Shown: positions 10,450-23,314 of the stretch, one piece after another
How positions within the stretch are numbered: position 1 is the stretch's first letter
Layout: each line of letters opens with the position of its first letter
NCBI RefSeq assembly: GCF_030144855.1
Contig: NC_082710.1
Location: forward strand, 171,864,001-171,928,000
Reading direction: 5' to 3'
DNA: 64,000 nt
Source of the DNA: Hypanus sabinus
Lineage: Eukaryota
Program-made: the position numbers and the translations under genes
The notes under the pieces: model-generated
Seen by the model: only the letters and a program-made list of their open reading frames with translations
What the model was told of the DNA's origin: nothing
Database searches by the model: none

Positions 10450-13400
10450 TCTTTATATATCCTCGGGGGATGACCTAACAGGGCACAGCAGCAGAAACCA
10501 GGACAGTGGCACTGTGGCCGGTTCTTCGACTCAGCAGGCAAGGGTAAGGTCAGACAGAGTGATAGTGATATGGAAATTAATAGGGGGACGGGCAGTAGAT
10601 TCGGTCGCAGCGAATGAGACGTCATAAATGTGCGCTGGCTCCTTGGTGTTAGGGAGAGTGTGTAGCTGGAGGTCATGATGCACATTGGAACAGAAGACAT
10701 AGACAAAAATAGAGAAGAATTCCTTCCCAGTGAATATTGTGTCTTAGGAAAGAGGCTGAAGAGAAAGACCCGTAATGTAGTTATTTCTCGATCACTCCCA
10801 GGGCCACGTGATTGAAAGGTCAAAAATAGGATTATAGCACAGATGAATGAGTGGCTGAGAAACTGGTGAAGGTGGCAGGATTTCAGGTTCTCAGATAATT
10901 GGAAACTTTTCTAGAGAACTGGCGACCATTATAAGAGGGAACCGTTCAATTTAACTGGAGGGGAGCCAATATCGTGGCCGGAAAGTTTGCTCGTGCTACT
11001 TGGGAGGATTTACACTTGTTTGACAGGGCGGTGGGAGTCAGTGCACCAGAGCAGACAATGGAAGGATAGACAGAGGAGTAAATGTCAGAGTCGGTGTAAA
11101 CTAGGAAAAAAATAACAGATACAATGGGATCGATAGTTCGAAGTGTGCATTATTTTAATGCAAGGAGTAATGTGGAAAAAGGTGATTAGCTTAGAGTGTG
11201 GATCAATAATACATCGAACCATGGAAGTAGTACAGAGAAGGCTGAGAGAGGGACAGGAATGGTTTTACATTTTTAGGGAAGATAGAAATGAAGGTAGATG
11301 AAGATTACACTATTACAATTACACTATTGGTCATGGACAATGCCACATTTGGATTAAATAAGACCATAAGACTTTAAGACGTAGAAGCAGAATTAGGCCA
11401 TTCAGCACAGAGAGTCTAATCCTCCATTCCATTATGGCTGTTCCCGGATCCCACTCTACCCCATACTCCCGCCTTCTCGCAAAATCAATTGATGCCCTAA
11501 CCGATCAGGAGTTCTGTCTTAAATATACGCACGGACCTAGTCTCCACAGCAGTCTACTCGCAGGCTACAAAAAGTTCTTCATTACCTCTGTCCTAAAGGG
11601 TCGTCCTCAATTTTCAGGCTCTGCCCTCTAGTTCTGGATACCCCCACCAGAGAAAACATCCTTTCCACATTCTCCCACTCTAGCCCTTTCAACATTCGAT
11701 AGATTTCAATGAGATCCCCAAGCATTTTCCTAAATTCCAGTAAGTACAGGCCCAAAGGTGCCAACCGCCCCTCATATGTTAACCCCTTCCTTATCAGAAT
11801 CATCCTCGTGAACCTCCTCTGTACTCTTTTCAATGACAACACATCCGTTCTCAGATATGAGGCCAAAGGCTGTTGAGAATACTCCGTATGGCCTGACCAG
11901 TGTCTTTTAAAGGCTCAGCATTATCTCCTTGTTTTATATGATATCTTCCTTGCCAACATTGCGTTTGTCTTTTTTTTTACCGCAGACTCAGCCTTTAAAT
12001 TAACCTTTTGGGAGTCTTCAACGAGGACTCCAAAGGCCCTCTGCACCTCTGATGTTCGAATTTCCTCCCATTTAGATAATAGTCCTCACTATTGTTTATT
12101 TTACCAAAATGCATTATCATCTATTTCCCCAACGCTGTATTCCATCTGCCAGGTTTTTGCCCATTCTTTCAATTTTTCCAAGCCTTGCTGCGATCGCATT
12201 GCTTTTTGAGCACTACCTACCCTTCCAGCTAATGTGAAAAGCAGCGGCCCCAATAGTGACACCTGAGGAACACCACTAGTCACCGGCAACCAACCAGAAA
12301 AGGCCCCGTTTATTCCCATTCACTGCCTCCTGCCTGTCAGCCATCCCGTTATCCATGACAGTATCTTTCCTGTAACGCTATAGGGTTTTATCTTCATGTG
12401 ATGCTTCATGTGATGCGCCTTACCAAACGCCTTCTGAAAATCCAAGTAAATGAAATTCACTGTCTCCTTTGTCTGTCTATGGTCTACCGTCATCCACGCC
12501 AGTATCCTTCACCAATACACCTGGAAAAGCTCCTCTCTCACGCCTCTGTATTTCCCTTCATTCCGTTGAGATACTGATACTTGTGACTTACGCTTCTGCT
12601 TCTGAAATTTCAGTATGAATTCAATCATATTATGATCACTGCTCTTAAGGGTACCTTAACATTAAGCTCCCCAATAAGATCTAGGTTATTACACAACACC
12701 CAACGTAAGATAACCTTTCCCCCTATAGGCTGCACAAGCTAGTCTAAAAAGACATCTCATAGGCATTCAAAAAATTCTCTCTCTTGATGTTTGACACCAA
12801 CTTGATTTCCCCAAAGCCCTTCCATATTGACCTCTCCCATTACAATGGTGTCATTACCCTTAGTCCATGTCTTTTCCAGTTCCCTTTGCAACATCAGCCG
12901 CACATACTGACTACGATTTGGAGGCCTATATATGATTCGCATAATGTTTTTTATCCTTGCAGTTTCTTAACTGCATCCACAAAATTTCACATTCTATGAC
13001 CCTAGGTCACCAGTTTCTAAAGATGAAATTCCATGTCCGACCAAAAGAACCACCGCCTTTCGATATAAGCACACATGATGTTAAACGCCCCACTCTGACT
13101 TTCTTTTAGACACGACTCAGTGATGCCCACAACGTCATACCTACCAGGCTTTAATTACGCCACAAGTTTGTCCACCTTAGTCTGAATGCTGTGTTCACCT
13201 TAATTCCTGCATTCATCGCCCTTCTCAATTTTGCCTCGGTGGTAGAATTTAAGTCGTAGCTCTGTCTTACCCACTCATCGGTTTGTCCTTCTTGCCATTC
13301 ACGTTTACATCCATCATCTACTTGTTAACCTTCTGGGTCATTCTTGGCTCTATCATACTGGCTCCCATCACATGACCGATAGTGGGTGCAAAGTTAGCGA

Positions 13401-14325
13401 GCAGTGACCACAACTCCTTAAGTTTTGATACGACTCTGGACCTCACGGGAAAGTCTTATATTAAAACAGGATAATTAAAAGTGGGGGAGGGGAGTGCACT
13501 ATGCAAGAACTAGGGAGTGTTAATAAGAGACAACTGATTTTGCGCAAGTCTGCATTTGAGATGTGGAGGCTGTTCATAGACCAACTTGACAAAATACAGG
13601 ACGGTTATGTTTCAGCCAGAAGGAAGGACAACGATGGTAAGGTAAGAGAACCTTAGTTGTGAGAGAGGTGATGAATTTAGTAAAAAAGAAAAAAAAAGTA
13701 TGTAAAGCTTAGGAAGCCAGAATCAAACAGAAAACTTGTGGATTATAAAGAAGCCAGAAGGTAACTCATGAAGGGAATTACGAAAGTCAGTCAGGGTCAT
13801 GAGAAGTCCTAAGGAAGTAGGATTAAAAAGAATCCTAAAGCATTCTAAGCATAGTTCAAGAGAAAGAGGATAACTATGGAGAATGTAGGAGCACGCAAGA
13901 ATAAAAGCCGTGTTGGTACATCTTCTTGAATGCCGAGGTCTTTAATGAATACTTTACATCAGTATTTACAAAGGAGAGAGATGTGGAAGAGAGGAAGATC
14001 AGTGCTGAGCGTAATGATACATTTTGACGTAAGGGGAAAGTAGTGTCGGGACACTTAAAGAGTATTAAAGTGGATAAGTCCCCATCCCCTGATGGGTCTT
14101 ACGCCAGGGTTTTGAGGGAAGCAAGTAAAGAGATTTCTGGGGCCTTTATCAATATCTTCCGGTCCTCACTATCCAAAAGCGAGTCCCACAGGAATAGATA
14201 GGGTGGGGCGGGTAGCAAATGTTCTTCCATTACACTATATTGGGACCAGGGACAATCCTGTGAACGACCGCCAAGGGCATTTTGCGCCAGCAGTAGGTAG
14301 TTAATTGAAATGGAAGTTCTATCTT
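10450..14325. mobile_element. Cluster of decayed CR1 fragments in both orientations (ORF1 esterase, APE and RT pieces)
   Basis: ORFs 11582..11866, 12101..12319 and 12757..12942 carry CR1 motifs (RRFTRMI, VTSGVPQ, IYRPPN). Confidence 0.85.
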
Positions 14326-14329
14326 TAGT

Positions 14330-14995
14330 ATCCGTGTTTTTCCCTTTCAGGGATCTTTTGAAGACCGCTGACCTGGAGTTACACGCTGTCTACGGTTCTT
14401 TGGGGGAATGCGACCGCTCTCGAAGTTTCACAACAAGCCGTTGTTCGGCACGCTAAGGTCTCGGCCCAAAAGTTCGGCTCGACTTTGGAGGTTAGGAGCT
14501 CGGGCTCTGGAGACGGGGGGATCGAAGGTCGGTGTCACGGCAGGAGACACGTGTATCGGGGGAGCTGGAAGATCTACGGCTGTGTGCCCAGAGACTCGAG
14601 ACCTTGTTATGTCTTCCAGCTCGCTGTGAAACCGAGCCATCTCTTTCTCCCTTACTAGAGTGAGAGAGAACCTGTGATATGTCGAATACCGGGTGAACAA
14701 TGCAGTCTTTTGGGCAACTGCAAGTCTGTGTCTTTGCAGCAGCTTTGCTTACGCTTGAGTGCTCGGTGCAGGGTGCCGATGCTTTTGTTTTGCCGGGAGG
14801 GAGGAAGGGGTGATCGTGGCTACTGCCGCTTACACGGGATGGAGGGGAGCTGGGGGCGGGGTTTGGGGTTCTATCATTTAACTGTCATTTATTATTTGGG
14901 GCATCATTGTTTTCGTGGATGTTTGCGAAGAAAATGCATTTCAGGATGTATATTGCATACATTTCTCTGATATTAAATGCAAATGAAAACTTTGA
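14330..14995 (+). mobile_element. GC-rich non-coding interspersed element ending in a LINE-type 3' tail (non-autonomous, family unassigned)
   Basis: No RT motifs. It interrupts a CR1 and ends attaaatg...aactttgaa, like the tails at ~49390 and ~56155. Confidence 0.5.
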
Positions 14996-17100
14996 ATCCT
15001 TTGAGAGACCTTCTGGGATAACATTTATGAGGATTTGGAAAACCTCTTGTTCAATTAGGGAGAGCTACCATTTCTTTGTGAGGGGCGAGAAGTGTCTTAC
15101 TAACGTGATTGAATATTTTGACAAGGTGACAAGAGTTACTGTCCGAGGCAGATATATGAATGTTGTTTACAATGGTTATTAGTAAGGGGCTTGACAAGTT
15201 TCCTCGTGGGAGGCTCATCCAGAAGTTTAAGATGGTGAATTAGTTGCTTGGATTCATAACTGGCTTGCACATTGAAGACAAAGGTTATTGGGTGAAGGGA
15301 CTTATGCCAGCTGAGCTCTGTCATTTATGGTGTTCTGCACGGTTGTGTACAGGGATCTTTGTTGTTTATGGCGTATATAACTGACCTGGATAAAAATATA
15401 CTGTAGATGAATGGCTTAGCGAGTTTGAAGATGGCAGGGAGATTGGTACTGATGTGGTAACGTTGTAGGCTATCAAAAAACACAACGGTATCTACATTAG
15501 TTGCAAACATGGGCAGAGATAATGGCAGATGTATTTTAACCCGGTCAATTGTGAAGTGCTTCACGTGGAAAAAAAAATGTAAAGCAGAGGCATCTTGGTG
15601 GCTAATGTTCTTAGCTCCCTGAAAGGGGCAGATAGGTGGTTAGTAAGGAATATGGCATGCTTGCCTTAAGTAGTCGAGGAATTGAGCTAAAAACTCAGTT
15701 GAGTTTAAAAATTTAGTTAGGCCGCATCTAGGGTATTGCATACAGTTCTGGTCGCCCAATTTTAGGAAGGTTGTCGAGACCACAGAGGTTTACCAGGATT
15801 TTATCTGGATGAGGTCTTGTGCTAGAACAACAGGATGTAATGTGTGAAAGAAGAGAAGTGAGCGTAGTTACTGTTACAAGGGAGAAGGTGCTCAAAAGGC
15901 TGAAAGACTTAAAGGTATATAAGTCACATGGACCAAAATGGACGGCACCCTAAGGTTCTGAAAGAGTTAGCGTTAGAGACCGCGGCAGCATCAGCAAAGA
16001 TCTTTGAAAAATCATTGGCATGGTGCCAGAGGACTGGAAAATTGCAAATGTCACTTCACTCTTGAAGAAATGAAAAGAGCAGCAGAAAGTAAAATATAGA
16101 CCGGTTAGCCTGACCTCAATGGTTGGGAAAATGTTGGAGTCAATTGTTAAGGATGGTGTTATGGAGTAATTTGTGACACTGGACAAGACAGTACAAAGAC
16201 AGTATAGCTTCCTTAAGGGAAAATCCTACCTCACGAACCTGTTGGAATTCTTTGAGGCGAGAACAAATAAGATAGTCAAAGGGGATGCAGTGGATGTTGT
16301 ATATTTGGACTTTCAGAAGGCCTTTGACAAGGTGGCACACACAAAGCTGCATACTAAATTAGGAGCCTATGGTATTAGAGGGAATTTATTTACATGCTTA
16401 TAGCACTGGCTGATTGGGGCAGCGGGTGGAAATAAAATGATTTTTGTCAGGTTGGCTGCCAGCGATTAGCAGTGTTCTCCAGGGGTTGGTGTTGGGACCG
16501 CTTCTTTTTGTGCAGTATATCAATGATTTAGATGATGGAATAGATGGCTTTGTTGCCAGGTTTGTAGATGATACGAAGATTGGTTCAGGGGCAGGTCGTG
16601 TAACGGAAACATGTAGGCTGCAGAAGATCCTAGACAGATTAAGAGAATGGGCAAGAAAGTGGCAATTGAAATTCAGTGATGGAAAAGCATAGCCATGAAC
16701 TTTGGTAGTAGAAATAAATGTGCAGACTATTTTCTATATGAGGAGAAAATCCAACAACATGAGATGCAAGGGGACTTGGGTGTCCTTGTGAAGAATGCCC
16801 TAAAGGTTAGCTTGCAGGTTAAGTCGATGCTGAGGAAGGCAACTGGAATGTTAGCATTCATTTCAAAAGGCATTGATTCTAAGAGTATGGGTGTGATGGC
16901 CGGCTTTACAAAGCACTGCTGCGGCCTCACCTATGGTATTGTGAACTGTTTTGGGCTCCCTATCTATGAAAAGATGTGCTGGCATTGGAGAGGGTCCCGA
17001 GGCGGCTCACAAGGATAATTCCGGGAACAAAATGGTCATCATACGAGGAATTGTCTGATAGTTCTGTGTCTGTGCTGGCTGGAATTTAGAAGGATGTGCT
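14996..17100 (+). mobile_element. Decayed CR1 ORF2 fragments
   Basis: ORFs 16173..17018: KGKSYLTNLLEFFE, VVYLDFQKAFDKV, FVDDTKIG. Confidence 0.9.
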
Positions 17101-17239
17101 TTATGACTCATCTGGTTTCCAACTTCAATTAATAAGTGTAGGACAGCAATCATGCTGCTAACTCACAGCTTCGTGAAAGTGGTTCAATTCTGAAGTTAGG
17201 AGCTGCCTGTGTGGAGCTTGAATATTGCTCGGATAATCC

Positions 17240-17485
17240 GCGGGCGGTACTGCAGCATAGCGGTTAGCGTAACGCTACTCCAGCGCCGCGACGCAGGTTC
17301 GATTCACCCGCTCTCTGTTAGCGGCTTTACATTCTCCCTACCACCGCGTGGGATTTTTAAGAGTGGACCAGTTTCCTCCCATATTCAATGGATTAATGGT
17401 TAATTGGTCACGCGGGTGTAATTGGGCAGCAAGTTCTTGCTGGGCTGGAAGGACGTGTTACCGTACTGTATGAAATAAATAAACA
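17240..17485 (+). mobile_element. tRNA-derived SINE (V-SINE-like)
   Basis: A-box-like tagcggttagc, B-box-like ggttcgattc, central cagtttcctcccata, A-rich tail. Confidence 0.7.
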
Positions 17486-18249
17486 AACGCTTCTTCGGTT
17501 TTCCTTCCACATCGCAAGAACCTGTTGATAGATGACTCTGAGAAGAAGGGGAATTTTACCGATTGAAGGGCGGTAGGCAAATGGGGAGGGTAAGAGATGC
17601 TCGTATGATATGTTTGCTCTGTTGGGTGTTGAAGTCTATACCACAGGCCGCATGGTCTCCTTTTGTAACGTAATAAAAGTGCAAATGAACTCTCCCACAG
17701 TGACGCTTTCTATTTAGCTGTTCTAAGTAGGTAGCATTGTTTTAATTTGTCTCTGCCATTGGCGGTATCCTGGGAAAAATCGGCAAGGTGATATATATGT
17801 GTTTACAAAATTACTTAGAGGATTCGCCGCCAGCTTCGAACCATTTCAATCTTACTACGACAACACGCCAGCACAGAATAACCTTTTTTCTGTCACTGTA
17901 TTAGTGCTCTGTCTCACACAAGTTTGGCATAACGAGCAATTAAGAGTTGTTGAGATTGTATCATGAGCTGCTTCATATAACCCGCTTGCTGGGACACAGA
18001 AGAACAACTTTGTATTGTGGCTTTAGGCACAAACTATAATGATCTAGAACAGTAAACGTTTTTCGTTTATCCTTAAAAACAACCAAGCTAACAGGTTCTC
18101 CGTCTTAATTTGAAGTGTCTGGAGTCAAGGACCTTGGATCATTCTAAACAACAACTATTGCTGTTTATACCTCAATAATTCTCACATACAATTGCAAGTA
18201 ATCACAGTAAAAACTTGATCAAAAGCTTTAATTTTAGTAAGATACGTAC

Positions 18250-18281
18250 CTTAGGCACAACTTGGTTTGCGGATCTTTTAT
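18250..18281 (-). CDS. ncr3: 32-nt cytoplasmic micro-exon (D)KRSANQVVPK, phase 1 to 0
   Basis: tgttttatag|ATAAAAGATCCGCAAACCAAGTTGTGCCTAAG|gtacgt. It supplies exactly the phase change needed between the TM exon and the terminal exon. Confidence 0.72.
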
Positions 18282-20007
18282 CTATAAAACATTTCAAACA
18301 AATGATATAGTTTTTATCAAATCCATAAATAAAATGAGGAAAAAAATTGAACCCTAGTTCCGTAACTATGAGAGCAAAATATATTTCTTTATTAACGTAT
18401 CTGAACTTTTATAAAATTAAACTATTTTCCAGTGTCAATATAATGCTTAGTGGAAAGTATCCGCATTAACTAATAAAGCATTGAAATCGACTCTTGAATT
18501 CGCTAATTGAATATCTTACGATTAATTAAATTTGACATTAAGATAATTAATGGGAGGGGGTTTACGCATTGTCTACCGCCTGTATTTCTTTCTCTTCGTC
18601 CACAATCAGAACCAATACTCTTCTTACTCCCTTTAAGAAGCTTCTCAAAATCTATAGTCATTTTTATTAGGGGTAAACAAATAGGCGAAAAGTGTGCTAA
18701 TATTTTATAAACAAAATCCATGTTTTTTCAGCTTCAGATTCGTGCAATATACATAATTCGTGTAATTCATTTCATTTTCTTGAATAAACTTTGCATAAAA
18801 TACGGGCCATCTTTATGTTATTGACCAAACTGACAGACATTTAGCAATGAAACTGTACTGCTGGTTTTCGATTATATTAATATTATTCCACGTACTGAAT
18901 AATGAGTTATATCTGTCATGGTACGGTAAACTCCCCTCATTCCTGTGGACTAGAGGACAGCAACTGTGATCTCCTCTGATTTTAATGAGAGGCAGAGTAA
19001 GGACATGACTGATCTGTCGGCATTAGGTAAAACACAGAATACAGCAATGGACCGCATAGGAAAGGATAAGAAGACTTAGAATAGACAGCGCAGGTTGTTG
19101 TAAAGAAGATCTCATTCAACTAATCTGCTAGAATCTGAGGGAATAATCTGGAGAGCCAATTAAAGTGACGACTTTAGATTTTCAAAAGGATTCCCATGAA
19201 ATCCCATACAGGCAGCTAATCAGCAAAACAGAACTTGGTGTAATATATTGGAATAGACTTGTTAACCGACCGAAAAAAAAGTAGAATGTAATACTGTAGA
19301 TCTGCTCCTACATTCAATCATGGCTGATCATTTTACCCTGTTCCTGTGCCCCACACCCCGAATTCTACCCATAACTTTTGATGCCATAACCAATCAAGAA
19401 CCAATCAAGCTCTGCTTTAAATACACTCAATGACCTGGCCTCCACTGCTGTCTGTGGTAACAGCTTCCACAAATTCACTACGCAGTGGTTAAAGAAATTT
19501 ATCCGCATCATTGATTTAAATGGATGCTCCTCTGTATAGAACCTGCACCCTCTTGTTCTCGACTCACCCCACCATGGGAAAGATATATTCCACATCGACA
19601 CTGTCTAGGCCTTTCAACATTCGAAAGGTTTCAATGAGATCCCCCCTCCCCATCCTACTAAATTCCAGCGAGTACAGAGGGAATACAGACTGCAGAAGGA
19701 CTTAGAAGTCCTCGTGCAAAACTCCCAGAACGTTGAATTGCACGTTGAGTCTGTGGTAATGAAGGCAAATGCAATGTTGGCATTTATTTCAAGGGGAATA
19801 GAGGATAATAGCAAGGAGATAACACCAAGCCTTTATAAGGCACTAGTCAAGCTGAACTTAAAGTATTGCCAACAGTTTTGGGAACCATATCTCCGAAAGT
19901 ATGTGATATCATTGGAGAGAGTCCAAAGTAGGTTCTCGGGGATGATTGCGGGAATGAAGGGGTTAAAATATGAAGGACGTTTGGCAGCTTTGGACGTGAA
20001 CTCACTG

Positions 20008-20762
20008 TAACTCTGGGTCTCTGCTGGGAAGAACAGGCCCCCAGTCCTCGGGGTCGCGTTGCCGATGGCCGTTGACAGCGCCGTCTTAATACGCTCGGCA
20101 GAGGCTGGTGCTCGGAGAAGCTGTGCCGGAGAGAATGGTCGTGGGCTCGGAGGTTCGACGGACTCAGAGTCGGCTACGGTCAGGTTGCTTTCGGTGTATG
20201 CTGCGTCTGCGAGGCTGGTTTCAACGCAGCTTTCATTGTGTGCTGTGTCTGCGGGGCTGAGTCGGGCGGAGGCGTGGCAGTCCACAGCGGCGGCATTCCC
20301 TTCTGCCACCGGCGTGGGATTGCGCATCTGTCGGGACCCTGGGGACTTGTAGAAAGTGTGTGGTGATTTCTTTTGAACTTACAGTCCTTTAACATCTTTG
20401 GACTATTTTTACTGTGCCCATGGTCTTTTTTTTTAATCAATGATGCTATTGTTTGCACTATTGTAACTATATGTTGTAACTATGTGGCTTAGTGCAGGTC
20501 TTGTGGCTTCAGATCTTGGTCTTGTTTGTCTGGTGGATTTGGAGCTCCTTTCCAAGGAACGCACTAGACGGTAGCGCGATATTAATACGCAGCAGCCGCT
20601 CCGGCCTCTGGATTGGGGATTGCCAAACGTTATGTGGATTTTCTGGTGTAGTCTGTTTTGTCACACGCTTTTGTGATATCATTCTGGAGGAACGTTGTCT
20701 CATTTTTTAACTGCATTGCATTTGTGGTTTCTAAATGACAATAAATTGAATCTGAATCTGAA
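20008..20762 (+). mobile_element. GC-rich non-coding element with a Rex1/L2-type 3' tail ending in (CTGAAT)n
   Basis: ggaacgttgtctcatt...atgacaataaattgaatctgaatctgaat; no RT motifs. Confidence 0.55.
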
Positions 20763-20764
20763 TT

Positions 20765-21323
20765 TGTCGCTACTCTGAGTCAAGATGCGAATTCTGTCAT
20801 TTTCCTGTCTAGCTAAGTATTCCTGGCCGGTTGCCGCTGCTTCGAGTCAGGATGCTGGTTGTCTGTCGTTGTTTGGTTTTGTCGTCTCTGTTCCAGCTGA
20901 GTGGGCCCGGTCGTTTGCCGGTGCTCCGCGTTGGGAATTCTGTCTCTCAGCCTCCGAGTCCAAGTCCAAGTCCAGGCTGCGTGTCCAAGTCCAGGCTTCC
21001 TGTCTGAGTCTAGGTTCGAGTCCACGCTCCGTGTCCAAGTCCACATCCAAGTCCAAGTCCAGGCTCTGTGTCTAAGTTCGAGTCCAGGCTCCGTGTCCAA
21101 GTCCAGGTTTCGTGTCTGAGTCCAAGTTCGTGTCCAGGCTCCTCGTTCAAGTCCACTTCCAAGTCCAGTTTCCTCCGGTTTGTCGTCCAACATTTACGTT
21201 CATGTAAGCATCTAATCCTCGATCTGCACCCTTCCTGGCAGCTATTAATAAACAGACTTCTGTACTGCTACTTCTGTGTCTGTGTCCTGCTCTTGGGTCC
21301 GCTTCCAACGCCCCCATGCAACA
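20765..21323 (+). mobile_element. LTR-like element with a degenerate (CCAAGT)n hexamer array (~20955-21170)
   Basis: TGTCGC...GCAACA termini, AATAAA and a tgtgtcctgctcttgggtcc end motif. No TSD found. Confidence 0.55.
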
Positions 21324-22751
21324 CCCAGAGAGTGGTGAACCTGTGGAATTCTCTGCCCTGGAAAGCAGTTGAGGCTTTTTCACTAAACATATTTAAGATA
21401 CAGTTAGATAGATTTTTACATAGTAAGGGTATTAAGGGTTATGGAGAAAAGGCAGCTAGATCGAGTTGAGTTTACGGACAGATAAGACTGGATCTTATTG
21501 AATGGTGGGGCAAGTTTGATGGGCCGGATGGGTTACTCTTGCTCCTATTTTTTATGTTCTTATGGCCTGCAGACGTAGAGCTAACAAGCGTACCTTTCAT
21601 TCCCGAAATCATCCTTGAAAACCTCGTCTGAACCCTTTCCAACGCCAGCACATCTTTCTTATACGAGGAGCCAAAATCTGTTCATGATACTGAAGGTGAC
21701 GCCTCACCAGTGCCTTAAGCCTCAGCATTACATCATTGCTTATTTATTATAGATCTCTTGAAATGAATGCTAACATTGGATTTGCCTTTCTCATCACCAA
21801 CATAACTTGCAAATTAACCTCAAGCCCATTTACATCTCAGATTTTTGGATTTTTACCCGTTTACAAAATAATCTGGACATTTATTTCTACAACCAAAGTG
21901 CATGACCATGCATTTTCCAAAATTGTACCGGTATTTCAGTTGCCTCTCTTTTGTTCATTCCCCTAATCTGTTGAAGTCCTTCTGCAGCTTACCTGCTTCC
22001 TCAAAACTATCTTCCGCTCCACTAACCTTCGTGTCCTTTGCAAACTTGGCAACAAAACCATCTATTCCACCTTCAAAATAATTGATATACAATTTTAAAA
22101 AGAAGCGGCCCCCATACCGACCTCTGCAGAATACCAGTAATTCACTGGCAGCCAACCAGAAAATTATGCTTTCATTCCCACTCGCTGCCTCCCAATCAGC
22201 CAATACTTCAACCCTGCTAGTAAATTACCCGTAATACTGTAGGCTCTTAACTTGGTAAGCAGCCCCATGTGTGGTACCTTGGCAAAGGCATTCTGAAAGT
22301 CCAAATATACAACATCCATTGAATCCTCTTTGTCTATCCTACGTGTAATCTCAAAAAATTCCAATAGGTTCATCAGATTTTCCCTTAAAGAAATATTGCT
22401 AACTCTGTAACTACCTTGTCTTGTGACACGAAGTATTCCATTACCTCATTCTTGACATCCATAGTATTATTCATTTGACGTTTGACTCCGGAATTCATTA
22501 GTCCAGGGAGTTCTGGAGCCTAACTGGCTGAAAGCATTTTGTCGTAATGGCAGTTAAAGTTTTGAAAGAGTTCTGAAATTTTTAAAAAAGAGGAAATGAG
22601 GATCTGACACCGAGTAGGAAAGTCGGCTTGATCATTCTGAATGGCAAAGGGTGGATCAGCCGTAATCATATCGAAGGATGGTGATTACCTGAGGGCCCAA
22701 GAGGTCAGCTTTTATTTTTGTTATGCAAACTAAGAGTTAATCTTTAATTAC

Positions 22752-22892
22752 CTGTAGATCGGGCACAGCGTTTCCTATAAATGATGCTGATGAGCAGCGT
22801 CAGGGCGAGGAGCACAATAACCAGGAGTGGAGACACATACAAAACGATTTTCCTTTCGTTCGTAAATAATCCATTGTCATGACCCACCGCTG
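22752..22892 (-). CDS. ncr3: Stalk + transmembrane exon, 141 nt, phase 1-1: (T)AVGHDNGLFTNERKIVLYVSPLLVIVLLALTLLISIIYRKRCARST
   Basis: Acceptor ctgttcatcag|, donor ACAG|gtaatt. A 24-residue uncharged hydrophobic run is followed by an RKR stop-transfer signal. It is a unique-sequence island among repeats and is not in the ORF track. Confidence 0.85.
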
Positions 22893-23314
22893 CTGATGAA
22901 CAGAATTATATCGGTTAACTTCCCTTCTCGTTTACCGTACTTACATTGCTTGATAGGTTTGACCTGAGGTTTAGCTGAAACCCCAAAATTGGCAAACTAA
23001 CTCTTCTGCGTTACTCCATCATGATGAATAGGTAGACTTGAGGTAACATTTGAGTATATCTATATTTTTCGGCCTGATAGCTTTAGTTATAATTTGGCTG
23101 GGTGTGAACCTCTTCCACACATCAAAATGTTGAACAGATAAAAACACAAGATAAAAACACTGTATTTGGCATTGATTTCTAAAAGCAAACACTGTGTCAC
23201 CATATTCTACGCTGAGTTTCATTTTCTTGCAGGCATTTATGGTAGAATAAAGTCATACAATATAAGAAATGAATAGGTATAATATAATCTACCTTGAAGT
23301 TATATAATATAATA

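Larger units (their letters stand above)
18950..22480. mobile_element. Nested CR1 fragments in both orientations, hosting the two elements listed next
   Basis: ORFs 19365..19601, 19714..20010 and 21955..22373. Confidence 0.85.

Noticed and set aside
17240-17320. tRNA gene
   Set aside because: Degenerate tRNA-like head continuing into a SINE body; no complete cloverleaf.
20785-21469. Overlapping ORFs with VQVQ/SKSK/WTWT runs
   Set aside because: Translations of a hexamer array.
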